Origin: Actinomycetes bacterium
GTDB lineage: Bacteria > Actinomycetota > CALGFH01
NCBI GenBank assembly: GCA_036377075.1
Contig: DASUZB010000143.1
Location: 15,577-79,576, forward strand
Direction: 5' to 3'
DNA length: 64,000 nucleotides
Part shown: positions 9,211 to 18,600 of the stretch, piece by piece
Position numbering within the stretch: position 1 is the stretch's first letter
How the letters are laid out: the number at the start of each line of letters is the position of its first letter
Made by a program: the position numbers and the translations under genes
The notes under the pieces: generated by a model
Told to the model about the DNA's origin: nothing
Seen by the model: only the letters and a program-made list of their open reading frames with translations
Database searches by the model: none

Positions 9211-10439
9211 GCCAGGAGGGCCTGGGCGGGGAGGGGGAGCCGCCGGCACCGTCCGAGGCAGAGCGCGCCCGCGAGACCCTGCACGTCGCCATCCTGGCGT
9301 TCCGCTGGGTGGCGCTCGGATGGGTGACGGTGGCCGCGCTCACCAGCGGGGAGGTGCGCCGGCCGCTGCTCGCGGCGGGCGCGGTCGCGCTCGCCGCCGC
9401 CTGGACGGCGTGGCTCAGCGTCCGTCCCTCCCGCGAGCGGCGCGCCTGGGTGCTCGCCGCCGACCTCGGCCTCGCGGTCGCGCTGACGCTGGTGTCCGGC
9501 CTGGTCGTCGAGGCCGGGACGGTGGTCGGCAACCAGCCCTTCTTCGCCGGCGCCTACCCGATCGCCGCACCGGCGTTCTGGGGCGCGAGCCGCGGGCTGC
9601 GGGCCGGCCTGGCCGCCGGGTTGGTGGTCGGTTGCGCCCTGGTCGGCGCCCAGCTGCTCAACGGCGTCGACCTTGCCGGCGAACCCGCGCCCGAACGGCT
9701 CCACCTCGCCGGTGGGGCGCTCAACTTCGTGATCGCCGGCGGGGCGGTCGGGCTCGTCGCGGGGCTGCTGGAACGCTCGGCGGCGCAGCTGCGGCTGGCG
9801 ATCGCCGAGCTGGTCGGGGCGCGCGAGCGTGCCGCCAGGCTGGCCGAGCGGGAGTCGCTCGCCCGCCAGATCCACGACTCCGTCCTGCAGGCGCTCGCCA
9901 TGGTGCACAAGCGCGGCCGCGAGCTGGCCGACCAGGGACCCGTCCCCGCCGGCGAGGTGCGGCGCCTCGCCGAGGTCGCCGGCGGCCAGGAGGCCGCCCT
10001 GCGCGCCCTGGTGCTGCGCCCGCCGGAAGCGTCACCGACGGGAACGGCCTCCCTGCGTGAGGAGCTGGAGGCGCTCGGCAGGCAAACCCGCCCCGTGACG
10101 GTCACGGTCGGGGCGACCGGCGCGATCCCGCTGCCGGTCGGCCACGTCGGGGAGCTGGCCGCCGCCGTGCGGCAGGCGCTCGACAACGTGGTCGAGCACG
10201 CCGCCGCCACGCGGGCGTCGGTGTTCGCCGACTGCGACCAGGGCGAGGTCGTGGTGACCGTGCGCGACGACGGCCGCGGCTTCGACTACGACCAGGCCGC
10301 CCTCGAGGCCAGCGGGAAGATCGGCCTGCTCAAGAGCATCAAGGGCCGGGTCGAGCAGCTCGGCGGGGCGCTGCGGGTGGACAGCCGTCCCGGTGCCGGC
10401 ACCGAGATCGAGTTGCGGGTACCGCAGCCGCCAGGCTGA
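9207..10439 (+). CDS. membrane sensor histidine kinase (HisKA_3 type)
   Basis: The ATG at 9207 overlaps the MarR stop (ATGA). Multi-TM N-terminus, H-box RQIHDSVLQALA, and a HATPase_c C-terminus (DDGRGF...GAGTEIE). Confidence 0.85.
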   Translation: MSQEGLGGEGEPPAPSEAERARETLHVAILAFRWVALGWVTVAALTSGEVRRPLLAAGAVALAAAWTAWLSVRPSRERRAWVLAADLGLAVALTLVSGLVVEAGTVVGNQPFFAGAYPIAAPAFWGASRGLRAGLAAGLVVGCALVGAQLLNGVDLAGEPAPERLHLAGGALNFVIAGGAVGLVAGLLERSAAQLRLAIAELVGARERAARLAERESLARQIHDSVLQALAMVHKRGRELADQGPVPAGEVRRLAEVAGGQEAALRALVLRPPEASPTGTASLREELEALGRQTRPVTVTVGATGAIPLPVGHVGELAAAVRQALDNVVEHAAATRASVFADCDQGEVVVTVRDDGRGFDYDQAALEASGKIGLLKSIKGRVEQLGGALRVDSRPGAGTEIELRVPQPPG

Positions 10440-10460
10440 GATGATGGTGACGGGGAGGCG

Positions 10461-11114
10461 GTGAGCGTGCGCGACGATCCGGTGCGGGTGATGGTGGTGG
10501 ACGATCACCCGGTCTGGCGCGACGGGGTCCGCGGCGACCTGGAGGCGTCCGGCCGCGCCGTGGTGGTGGCCGAGGCGTCCGACGGCGGCGAGGCGATCGA
10601 GCGCGCCCGTGAGGTCATGCCCGAGCTGGTGCTGATGGACCTCAACCTGCCGACGGTGCGCGGCGTCGAGGCGATCCGCCGCATCGTGGAGGAGTCCCCG
10701 CACGTCAAGGTGCTGGTGCTGTCGGCCTCGGGGGAGGAGGCCGACGTGCTGGAGGCGGTCAAGGTCGGCGCGAGCGGTTACCTGCTGAAGAGCGCCACCG
10801 CCGCCGAGGTGGCCGAGGCGGTCACGCGGGTGCGGGCCGGCGAGCCGGTCTTCTCGCCCTCGCTGGCCGCGCTGGTGCTCGGTGAGTTCCGGCGCATGAG
10901 CTCGGCCGCGACCGAGCCGGGGCTGACCGCCCGCGAGACCGAGGTGCTCAAGCTCGTCGCCAAGGGCTACACCTACCGCGAGATCGCCGACAAGCTGGTG
11001 ATCAGCATCAAGACGGTGCAGAACCACGTCCAGAACATCCTCACCAAGCTGCAGCTCTCCAAGCGCTACGAGCTGATGCGCTACGCCATCCAGCGGGGCC
11101 TCGACCGCACCTGA
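10461..11114 (+). CDS. NarL/LuxR-family response regulator
   Basis: Receiver domain (VMVVDDHPVWR...LMDLNLP) plus a LuxR HTH (LTARETEVLKLVAKGYTYREIADKL). Confidence 0.9.
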   Translation: MSVRDDPVRVMVVDDHPVWRDGVRGDLEASGRAVVVAEASDGGEAIERAREVMPELVLMDLNLPTVRGVEAIRRIVEESPHVKVLVLSASGEEADVLEAVKVGASGYLLKSATAAEVAEAVTRVRAGEPVFSPSLAALVLGEFRRMSSAATEPGLTARETEVLKLVAKGYTYREIADKLVISIKTVQNHVQNILTKLQLSKRYELMRYAIQRGLDRT

Positions 11115-11142
11115 CAGTGAGTGCCAAGTATGGCACTCACTG
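11115..11142 (+). terminator. perfect 12-bp stem / 4-nt loop hairpin immediately after the response-regulator stop
   Basis: CAGTGAGTGCCA-AGTA-TGGCACTCACTG starts 1 nt after the TGA (11112-11114). A T-run follows at about 11174. Confidence 0.6.
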
Positions 11143-11145
11143 CTA

Positions 11146-11164
11146 CAACATTCGGCGTATGTTG
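11146..11164. promoter_or_regulatory. short palindrome (CAACAT-N7-ATGTTG) upstream of the TetR gene; possible operator
   Basis: Inverted hexamers at 11146-11151 and 11159-11164 in the A/T-richer spacer, 54 nt upstream of the TetR start. Confidence 0.25.
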
Positions 11165-11217
11165 CAATCGGCAGTTTTTGTCGCTCGGTTTGGTGGGTTT
11201 CGGCTACGCTTGACGCT

Positions 11218-11844
11218 ATGGAGCCTATGAACCTCCGTGCTCGCAAGAAGCTCCTCGTGCGCGACGTGATCGAGCACGTGGCGCTGGTCCTGTTCGACCA
11301 GCGCGGCTACGAGGCGACCACGGTGGAGGAGGTCGCCGCCGAGGTGGGCATCTCCCCGCGTACCTTCTTCCGCTACTTCCCCAGCAAGGAGGACGTGGTC
11401 TTCGCCCACCACGCCGACGCGCTCGCGCGGCTGCGCAACGTGCTCGACGAGCGGCTGCGCGGCGGCGCCGGCGTACTCGCGGCGGTCCGCGCCGCGACCG
11501 TGGCCCTGCAGGACGACGCCGACCAGCGCGAGCTGGAGCAGACCCGGCTGCGGGTCATCCGCGTCACCCCGGCGCTCACCGCCCGCCGCTACGCCCTCAG
11601 CGTCGAGTACGAGGCCGAGATCACCGCCGCCATCACCCCCAGGCTCGGCGACGACCAGGCCGCGTGGATGCGCGCGATGCTGGTGGCCAGCGCGGCGATG
11701 GGCGCCCTGCGGGCGGCGTCGCTGATCGCCGCCACCCCGGGCGGCCCGACCGCCGCCAGCGTCCTGAACGACGCGTTCGACCTGGTCGAACGCGTCGCCG
11801 CCGGGCTCTCCGCGCCCGCCGCTGGCGGCGGCGCCACCCTCTAG
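11218..11844 (+). CDS. TetR-family transcriptional regulator
   Basis: N-terminal HTH: GYEATTVEEVAAEVGISPRTFFRYFPSKEDVV. Confidence 0.9.
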   Translation: MEPMNLRARKKLLVRDVIEHVALVLFDQRGYEATTVEEVAAEVGISPRTFFRYFPSKEDVVFAHHADALARLRNVLDERLRGGAGVLAAVRAATVALQDDADQRELEQTRLRVIRVTPALTARRYALSVEYEAEITAAITPRLGDDQAAWMRAMLVASAAMGALRAASLIAATPGGPTAASVLNDAFDLVERVAAGLSAPAAGGGATL

Positions 11845-11967
11845 GACCCGGCCTCGGCGGCCGAGCACGCGATTAGGCGGCGCTCGGCCGGGTACGCGAG
11901 GGGACTCTCCCTCGGATCGGCCCGTGCCGCGATCGAGGGGTCCGAGGGGTCCGACAAAGGAGCATCG

Positions 11968-12354
11968 ATGAACAAGAAGAGGGCCCGTACCCGCCTCGAA
12001 GAGGAGCGTTCCCGCCTGCAACGGGTGCTCGTCGGCCTGCAGGCCGACGAGGGGACCACCGGCGACGCGGCCGCCATCGCCGAGCAGTCGAGCTACGACC
12101 AGCACCCGGCGGACATCGGCAGCGAGGTGTTCGAGCACGAGAAGAACCAGTCCCTGCTCGAACAGGTGGAGAGCGAGCTCACCGAGGTCGAGCAGGCGTT
12201 CCAGCGGCTCGATGGCGGCGAGTACGGGGTCTGCCAGGCCTGCCGCACGCGCATCCCCGACGAGCGGCTGGACGCCATGCCGGCCGCCCGCTTCTGCGTC
12301 GAGGACCAGGCGAAGTCCGAGCGCGAGGTGGGCCTGCCCGGCGTGCGCCTCTGA
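11968..12354 (+). CDS. DksA/TraR-family C4 zinc-finger protein
   Basis: Coiled-coil N-terminus and CQACRTRIPDERLDAMPAARFC. AAGGAG lies upstream. Confidence 0.8.
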   Translation: MNKKRARTRLEEERSRLQRVLVGLQADEGTTGDAAAIAEQSSYDQHPADIGSEVFEHEKNQSLLEQVESELTEVEQAFQRLDGGEYGVCQACRTRIPDERLDAMPAARFCVEDQAKSEREVGLPGVRL

Positions 12355-12424
12355 GCGCCGTTCCGGTGGGCGGATTTCGCGCACGCGGCTGATATACCGG
12401 ACGATATTCTTGAAGCCGACTGTC

Positions 12425-12498
12425 CCTCGAAACGCGACTCGGGTACCATGCGCCCCGCTATCCGATCGATCTGATCGCGTGTTGCGCGCGTTTCGAGG
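12425..12498 (+). promoter_or_regulatory. 12-bp long-range inverted repeat whose 3' arm overlaps the Shine-Dalgarno of the PRC-barrel gene
   Basis: CCTCGAAACGCG (12425-12436) pairs with CGCGTTTCGAGG (12487-12498). The SD GAGGAGG is at 12495-12501 and the ATG at 12510. Confidence 0.3.
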
Positions 12499-12509
12499 AG
12501 GAAATCGGG

Positions 12510-12902
12510 ATGCCCGGTTTCGAGGTGGTGCGGCGGTGGAAGGGCCGCATCGCGGTCGCCGTCGACGGGGAGCCGCTCGGCGCGATCGTGGAGGTCTTCT
12601 ACGACGCCGCCGGCGACCAGCCCGGTTGGGCGCTGCTCGACGCTGCGGCCGGCTGGCGCCTCGTCCCGGTGATGCGGGCGGTCGAGGACGGCACGGTCGT
12701 GCGCGTCGACGTCCCCGCCGACCTGGTCAGGGGCGCGCCCAGCATGGAACCGGGCGAGCAGCTCTGGCCGCAGGAGGAAGCCGCCCTCTACGCGCACTAC
12801 GGCCTCGACTGGCCGGGCGATGCCGTGGAAGACGAGGAGGAGGAGGACGACGGCGGCGCCCACCTCGCCGCCGTCGTGCTGCTCGACGCAGCTCCTCGCT
12901 AG
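12510..12902 (+). CDS. PRC-barrel domain protein
   Basis: Pattern G..LG.IVEVFYD....PGWALLD......LVPV...VEDGTVVRVDVPADLV..AP, followed by an acidic tail. Confidence 0.6.
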   Translation: MPGFEVVRRWKGRIAVAVDGEPLGAIVEVFYDAAGDQPGWALLDAAAGWRLVPVMRAVEDGTVVRVDVPADLVRGAPSMEPGEQLWPQEEAALYAHYGLDWPGDAVEDEEEEDDGGAHLAAVVLLDAAPR

Positions 12903-13588
12903 AACTCTCTCATACGCGCGTTCAGCGGCGCGCCGACGCGCTGGCGCTGGCGGGCCACCTTCTGCCAGTCGTTGGGTCGCACCTCCACCCGGAACTCCGC
13001 GGCGGGCGGCGAGTTGCCGATCCGGACCAGCCGCAGCTCGACGCCGAAGAAGCGCACGTCGTCGTCGGAGTGATGGTTGAGCCAGTCGAGCACGGCGCGG
13101 TGCTCCTCGCCGATGCGGGTGACGATCCAGATCACCGCGGAGACGTCGAGGCCGGCCGCGTACGTGATCACCTGGCCGAGGTGCGGGTGGTCGCTCGGCT
13201 CGAGCTGGGGCTCGATCACGACCCGCCGGCCGCGGTCGGTCTGGGCCAGCAGGTTGACGGTGAACGAGCCGACCGGGAGGTCGCGCCCCACCTCGCGCAG
13301 GCCGGAGATGCCGACCTCCCTGGCCAGCTTGTCGAGGTTGGCGGACAGCCAGTTGGTGAAGCCGTCGCCGTCGCGCGGGAAGACCGAGCGGACGTCGACC
13401 TCCTCGAACTCGGCGAGCTGCAGCGGGCTGCCGCCGAAGTTGCGGGCGGCTCGCTCGAGGTCGGAGTTCGAGCCGGAGCTCGAGCCGGAGTTGCCGCGGC
13501 TGCCCGAGCTGGTGGCGGTGCTGGTCCGGGAGTTTTCCGCGCTGGCCTGCCCGGCTGGTTCTGCCTGGGTCACGCCGGGTCCTTTCAT
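12899..13588 (-). CDS. PD-(D/E)XK-like (restriction-endonuclease fold) protein with a Ser/Gly-rich N-terminus
   Basis: VVIEPQLEPSDHPHLGQVITYAAG...WIVTRIGEEHRAVLDWLN...FFGVELRLVRI resembles the IENQLE..DH.HLGQ..TY nuclease-fold family. The start is uncertain (ATG 13588 or TTG 13645). Confidence 0.55.
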   Translation of the reverse strand: MKGPGVTQAEPAGQASAENSRTSTATSSGSRGNSGSSSGSNSDLERAARNFGGSPLQLAEFEEVDVRSVFPRDGDGFTNWLSANLDKLAREVGISGLREVGRDLPVGSFTVNLLAQTDRGRRVVIEPQLEPSDHPHLGQVITYAAGLDVSAVIWIVTRIGEEHRAVLDWLNHHSDDDVRFFGVELRLVRIGNSPPAAEFRVEVRPNDWQKVARQRQRVGAPLNARMREF

Positions 13589-13740
13589 CGTCGGGCGGGT
13601 GACGGCGGGAGCGTGTCGAAAAGCGCTGTTGGGGTCAAATTGCAATCACGAAACCAGGCAGAATTGCCGACGAGGGCTGCGTAGGAGCAGCTTTGACCAC
13701 CTGGGTCGGGCTACGTACGATCGCGCTCCGGAGGGGCAGA

Positions 13741-15588
13741 ATGATCCTGAAGTCCGCGGTGGTCAGGAAGTTCCGGAGCATCGAGGACTCCGGCCCGGTC
13801 CGGTTCGAGCCGGACGTGACCTGCCTGGTCGGCAAGAACGAGAGCGGCAAGACCGCCTTCCTCGAAGCGCTCTACCGGTCCAACCCGCTCGGACGCGGCG
13901 CCGGCTTCCAGGAGCTGCGCGACTACCCGCGACGCCTGCGCAGCCGGGAGCGCGCCCAGATCCCCGACACGGTGCCGATCACGGCCACCTTCGAGCTGCA
14001 GGACGACGACATCGAGGCGGTCTGGAGGCAGTTCGGGCCCGGCGTGCTCACCTCCCGGGAGGTCCAGGTCGAGCGCACCTACGCCAACCGGCACCGCCTC
14101 ACCGTCCACCAGGACAAGGTCGCCCAGGCCCGCCACCTGGTGGTCAAGGCCGGGCTCGACCCGCACCTGGCGGACGGCGCCGACTTCGGCGAACTGCTCG
14201 CCCGGCTCGAGCGCGAGCGGCAGCGCACCGGCCTCACCGAGGTCGCCGAGGTCCAGCGCGAGCTGCGGGGGCGCGACCTCGCCGCCGAGCTGGGCGTCTT
14301 CCTCGCCGGGCGGCTGCCCAAGTTCCTCTACTTCGACGCCTTCAGCGTCATGCCGGGGCGGGCGTCGATCCCGCGGCTGCAGCGCACCCCGGAGGCCCGG
14401 CTGACCCCGGGCGAGCGCACCGTGCTCGCGCTGCTGCGCCTGGCCGGCGTCGAAGCCGAGGACTTCACCGCCTCCGGCTACGAGGCGCGGCGGGCCGCCC
14501 TGGAGGCCGCCGCCAACGAGGTCAGCGCGGAGGTCTTCCAGTACTGGAGCCAGAACCGGCAGCTCGCGGTCGAGCTGGACGTCGACTTCGCCAGCCCCGC
14601 CCCGCGCCCCGGCGACGACCCCCCGTTCATCGAGATCCGCATCCGCAACGACCGCCACCGCGTCACCCTCAACTTCGGCGAGCGCTCGGAGGGCTTCGTC
14701 TGGTTCTTCTCCTTCCTGGTTGCCTTCTCCGAGTTCCGCGACGCCGGCGACCTGGTGCTGCTGCTCGACGAGCCGGGCCTCGGCCTGCACGCCGCCGGCC
14801 AGGGCGACCTGCTGCGTTACCTGCACGAGCAGCTCGCCCGCGACCACCAGGTGGTCTACGCCACCCACTCGCCGTTCATGGTCGACGCCGCCAACCTGCA
14901 CCGCACCCGCACCGTCGAGGACGTCGACGACCAGGGCACCAAGGTGCGCAACGACCTCGACGGCGTCGGCAGGCTGACGGTCAAGCCGCTGGTCACCGCC
15001 GTCGGCTACGAGCTCCTGCGCCAGTTCTCGCTGGGGCCGGACACGCTGGTGGTGAACGGGCCCAGCGAGCTGCTCTACCTCGAGGTGCTCAGCGGCTTCC
15101 TGCGCGACACCGGCCACGGCTTCCTCGACCCCCGCTGGGTGCTCGCGCCGGTGGGGGCGCTGGACGGCCTGCCGGCCGCCGCGGCCCTGCTCGGCGCGCC
15201 GCTCGACCTGGCCGTGCTGCTCGACGTCGCCACCGGCGACCGGCTGGTGCGCTCGCTGGTGCAGCGCGGCGTGCTCCTGCCCGAGCGGGTGATCAGCCTC
15301 GCCGAGCTGGCCGGCGAGGCCGACGCCGGCATCGAGGACCTCCTCGGCGACGCCCTCTACCTGCGCCTGCTCGCCGAGGCCGGCATCGGCAAGCTCTCCG
15401 TCGACGAGGTGCGCGGGCCCGGCCGCGTGGTCGCCAGGGTCGAGCGCGCCCTCGGCCAGCCGGTCGACCGCTACCGCGCCGCGCGGACCCTGCTGGCGAA
15501 GCAGGCCGAGCTCCTGCCCGGCCTGCCCGGCGAGGCCGTGGACCGCTTGGGTGCGTTGTTCGGCGCCGTCAACCGGCTGCTGCGGTGA
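13741..15588 (+). CDS. OLD/ABC-type AAA ATPase (AAA_15/21-like) with a Toprim-like C-terminal segment
   Basis: N-terminus MILKSAVVRKFRSIED. Walker A GKNESGKT, signature SEGFVWFF, Walker B LVLLLDEPGLGLH, H-loop YATHSP. C-terminal LVVNGPSELLYL...LAVLLDVATGD is Toprim-like by eye. Confidence 0.75.
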   Translation: MILKSAVVRKFRSIEDSGPVRFEPDVTCLVGKNESGKTAFLEALYRSNPLGRGAGFQELRDYPRRLRSRERAQIPDTVPITATFELQDDDIEAVWRQFGPGVLTSREVQVERTYANRHRLTVHQDKVAQARHLVVKAGLDPHLADGADFGELLARLERERQRTGLTEVAEVQRELRGRDLAAELGVFLAGRLPKFLYFDAFSVMPGRASIPRLQRTPEARLTPGERTVLALLRLAGVEAEDFTASGYEARRAALEAAANEVSAEVFQYWSQNRQLAVELDVDFASPAPRPGDDPPFIEIRIRNDRHRVTLNFGERSEGFVWFFSFLVAFSEFRDAGDLVLLLDEPGLGLHAAGQGDLLRYLHEQLARDHQVVYATHSPFMVDAANLHRTRTVEDVDDQGTKVRNDLDGVGRLTVKPLVTAVGYELLRQFSLGPDTLVVNGPSELLYLEVLSGFLRDTGHGFLDPRWVLAPVGALDGLPAAAALLGAPLDLAVLLDVATGDRLVRSLVQRGVLLPERVISLAELAGEADAGIEDLLGDALYLRLLAEAGIGKLSVDEVRGPGRVVARVERALGQPVDRYRAARTLLAKQAELLPGLPGEAVDRLGALFGAVNRLLR

Positions 15589-15732
15589 GCGGGCGCCACC
15601 GTTACGTCCTTGTGACCTGGGACGGGCGCGACCGCAACATTCCGGGGAGTTGACCTCTCGGGGCGAACACGACGAGTGAACAGGGTGAACACTGAAGAAG
15701 GGCTGTGACGTCGACATGGAGGTGCGCCGCAC

Positions 15733-16536
15733 GTGAGGACCCGTGCCCGCCTGTTCGCGGCGGTGATCGTGGCAGTGCTCGGCATTGGGGCGTGCGGCGG
15801 TGACGCCAAGCCCGCGCCGGGGAGCGCCGCCCCGGCGACCTCCTTGGCACCGACGTCGACGCTCGAGCCGACGACCACCACCACGCCGGCGAAGCGCCCG
15901 CGCAAGGTCGCGCCGGCCAAGCCCAAGGCGCCGCGCATCCTTCGGGCGGGCATGGAGGGCCATGACGTCGCCGTGGTGCAGCGGCAGCTCGCCGGCCTCG
16001 GCTACGAGGTGACCTCGGCGGACGGCAACTTCGGCGAGGCCACCAGGCACGCGGTGGTCGCCTTCCAGAAGGTCAACGGGCTCGACCGGGACGGCGCCGT
16101 CGGGCCGAAGACGCGCAAGGCGCTCGACCGCCCGCGGGTTCCCAAGGCACGCTCGGGAGCCCACGGCATGCACCTCGAGGTCGACATCACCCACCAGGTG
16201 GTCATGGTCGTGCGGGACGGCAAGGTGGCCGAGGTCCTCGACTCGTCCACCGCCTCGGGGCGCACCTACGTCTCGCCCAAGACCCACGAGCTGCGCGTCG
16301 CCCATACCCCGATCGGCTCGTTCGAGGTGCAGCGCAAGCTCAACGGCTGGCGCAAGAGCGACCTCGGGCTGCTGTGGCGGCCGGCCTACTTCACCGGCGG
16401 CTTCGCCGTCCATGGCTCGCTCAGCGTGCCGCCGTTCCCCGCCAGCCACGGCTGCGTGCGCCTCACCATGGCCTCCATGAACCGCCTCTACCCCCACCTC
16501 CCGGTCGGCACCCCGGTGCTGGTCTACCGGACCTGA
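15733..16536 (+). CDS. L,D-transpeptidase lipoprotein with a peptidoglycan-binding domain
   Basis: Lipobox LGIGAC. PG_binding_1 (VVQRQLAGLGY...DGNFG..T..AV.AFQ). YkuD catalytic motif SHGCVRL. Confidence 0.85.
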   Translation: MRTRARLFAAVIVAVLGIGACGGDAKPAPGSAAPATSLAPTSTLEPTTTTTPAKRPRKVAPAKPKAPRILRAGMEGHDVAVVQRQLAGLGYEVTSADGNFGEATRHAVVAFQKVNGLDRDGAVGPKTRKALDRPRVPKARSGAHGMHLEVDITHQVVMVVRDGKVAEVLDSSTASGRTYVSPKTHELRVAHTPIGSFEVQRKLNGWRKSDLGLLWRPAYFTGGFAVHGSLSVPPFPASHGCVRLTMASMNRLYPHLPVGTPVLVYRT

Positions 16537-16584
16537 GAGCCCACCTCGTAAGCTCCACCGGGGGATGACTCGAGGAGGCCGCCC

Positions 16585-17802
16585 GTGGAGTTTGCCTACA
16601 GCGCCAAGGTGGAGGAGTACCGGCAGCGGCTCGGCGCGTTCATGGACGAGCGCGTCTACCCGTCCGAGCCGGTCTACGCCGAGCAGGTCGCCAAGCAGGC
16701 CGACCCGTGGGACCGCCCCCCGGTGATCGACCAGCTCAAGGCGGAGGCCCGCTCCCGGGGGCTGTGGAACCTGTTCCTGCCACACCCGGAGTTCGGCGCC
16801 GGGCTGAGCAACCTCGAGTACGCGCCGTTGGCCGAGATCACCGGGCGCAGCCCGGCGCTCGCGCCCGAGGCGCTCAACTGCGCCGCCCCCGACACCGGCA
16901 ACATGGAGCTGCTCGCCGCCTTCGGCACGCACGAGCAACAGGAGCGCTGGTTGCGCCCACTGCTCGAGGGCGAGATCCGTTCCTGCTTCTCCATGACCGA
17001 GCCGGAGGTGGCCAGCTCGGACGCGACCAACATCTCGGCCAGCGTCACCCGTGACGGCGACGACTACGTGGTCAGCGGGCACAAGTGGTGGTCGAGCGGG
17101 GCGATGAGCCCGCGCTGCCGCCTCGCCATCGTCATGGGCGTGACCGATCCCGACGCCGAGCCCTACCGGCGCCAGAGCATGATCCTGGTGCCGCTCGACA
17201 CCGCCGGGGTCGAGGTGCGCCGCTCCACCCCGGTGTTCGGCTACACCGACGGCCCCCACGGCGGCCACGCCGAGATCGTCTTCCACGACGTCCGCGTCCC
17301 AGCCGCCAACCTGCTGGGGGAACCGGGCAGCGGCTTCGCCATCGCGCAGGCGCGGCTCGGGCCCGGCCGCATCCACCACTGCATGCGCCTGATCGGGATG
17401 GCCGAGCGTGCGCTCGAGCTGACCTGCCGGCGGGCCGTCGAGCGGGTCACCTTCGGCAAGCCGATCGCCCAGCACGGCATGGTGCAGGGCTGGATCGCCG
17501 ATGCCCGCATCCAGATCGAGCAGGCACGCCTGCTGGTGCTCAAGACCGCCTGGCTGATGGACACGGTCGGCAACCGCGGCGCCCGCGTCGAGATCTCCGC
17601 CATCAAGGTGGCGGTGCCGGAGATGGCCTGCTCGGTGATCGACCACGCCATCCAGGCGCACGGCGGCGCCGGCCTGTCCCAGGACTTCCCCCTGGCCTCG
17701 CTCTACGCCCAGGCGCGCCTGCTGCGGATCGCCGACGGCCCCGACGAGGTCCACCGCATCAGCGTGGCCCGCCGCGAGCTGCGCCCGTACCTGTCGAGCT
17801 GA
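16585..17802 (+). CDS. acyl-CoA dehydrogenase
   Basis: [23 protein letters not shown] and the C-terminal [14 protein letters not shown] motifs. Confidence 0.9.
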   Translation: MEFAYSAKVEEYRQRLGAFMDERVYPSEPVYAEQVAKQADPWDRPPVIDQLKAEARSRGLWNLFLPHPEFGAGLSNLEYAPLAEITGRSPALAPEALNCAAPDTGNMELLAAFGTHEQQERWLRPLLEGEIRSCFSMTEPEVASSDATNISASVTRDGDDYVVSGHKWWSSGAMSPRCRLAIVMGVTDPDAEPYRRQSMILVPLDTAGVEVRRSTPVFGYTDGPHGGHAEIVFHDVRVPAANLLGEPGSGFAIAQARLGPGRIHHCMRLIGMAERALELTCRRAVERVTFGKPIAQHGMVQGWIADARIQIEQARLLVLKTAWLMDTVGNRGARVEISAIKVAVPEMACSVIDHAIQAHGGAGLSQDFPLASLYAQARLLRIADGPDEVHRISVARRELRPYLSS

Positions 17803-17817
17803 GAAAGGACCAACGCG

Positions 17818-18600
17818 ATGGCCGCAGCGGAGCTGGTCCACTACGAGCTGGCCGGCGGCGTGGCCACGGTCACGCTCGACTCGCCCTCGAACCGCAACGC
17901 GCTCTCCAGCGCGCTGCTCGGCCAGCTCCTCGACGCGCTGCAGCGGGCCGGCGCGGACGAGGCCGCGCGGGTGGTGGTCCTCACCGGCGCCGACCCGGCG
18001 TTCTGCTCCGGCGCCGACCTGGCCGAGCAAAGAGCCCGCAACCAGGCGGGTGCGCCGACGGGCTTCCCCCTGCCCGAGGTGCTGCGCTGGTTGTGGCGCG
18101 CGCCCAAGCCGGTGATCTGCCGGGTCAACGGCGCCGCCCGGGCTGGTGGCATGGGCCTGATCGGCGCGTGCGACCTCGCCGTCGCGCGCGAGCGTGCCAG
18201 CTTCGCCTTCTCCGAGGTGCGCGTCGGGGTGGTGCCCGCGGTCATCGCGCCCACCTGCCTGCCGAGGCTGGCGCCGCGCGCGGCCGCCGAGTACATGCTC
18301 ACCGGCGAGGTGTTCGACGCCCGCCGGGCGGTCGAGATCGGCCTGCTCAACCGGGCGGTGCCGGACGACGGGCTCGACGCCGAGGTGGCCCGCTACGTCG
18401 AGGCGCTGCAGCGTGGCGGCCCCGAGGCGCTCGGCCACACCAAGCGGGTGCTGCGGGAGCTGCCAGCGCTCGACTTCGACGTGGCCCTCGATCGCATGCA
18501 GGAGCTGTCCCGCGAGCGCTTCGCCTCGGCCGAGGCGCTCGAGGGCATGCGCGCCTTCGCCGAGAAGCGCCCCCCGAGGTGGGCGCCCTCCGATGGCTGA
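17818..18600 (+). CDS. enoyl-CoA hydratase/isomerase (crotonase family)
   Basis: VVVLTGADPAFCSGADL and NGAARAGGMGLIGACDLAVA, the crotonase oxyanion-hole motifs. Confidence 0.9.
   Translation: MAAAELVHYELAGGVATVTLDSPSNRNALSSALLGQLLDALQRAGADEAARVVVLTGADPAFCSGADLAEQRARNQAGAPTGFPLPEVLRWLWRAPKPVICRVNGAARAGGMGLIGACDLAVARERASFAFSEVRVGVVPAVIAPTCLPRLAPRAAAEYMLTGEVFDARRAVEIGLLNRAVPDDGLDAEVARYVEALQRGGPEALGHTKRVLRELPALDFDVALDRMQELSRERFASAEALEGMRAFAEKRPPRWAPSDG

Noticed and set aside
13741-15588. Calling the ATPase a canonical Gabija GajA, Septu PtuA or PARIS AriA.
   Set aside because: The required partners (UvrD-like helicase, HNH nuclease, DUF4435 protein) are absent from the neighbourhood. Only the generic OLD/ABC ATPase class is claimed.
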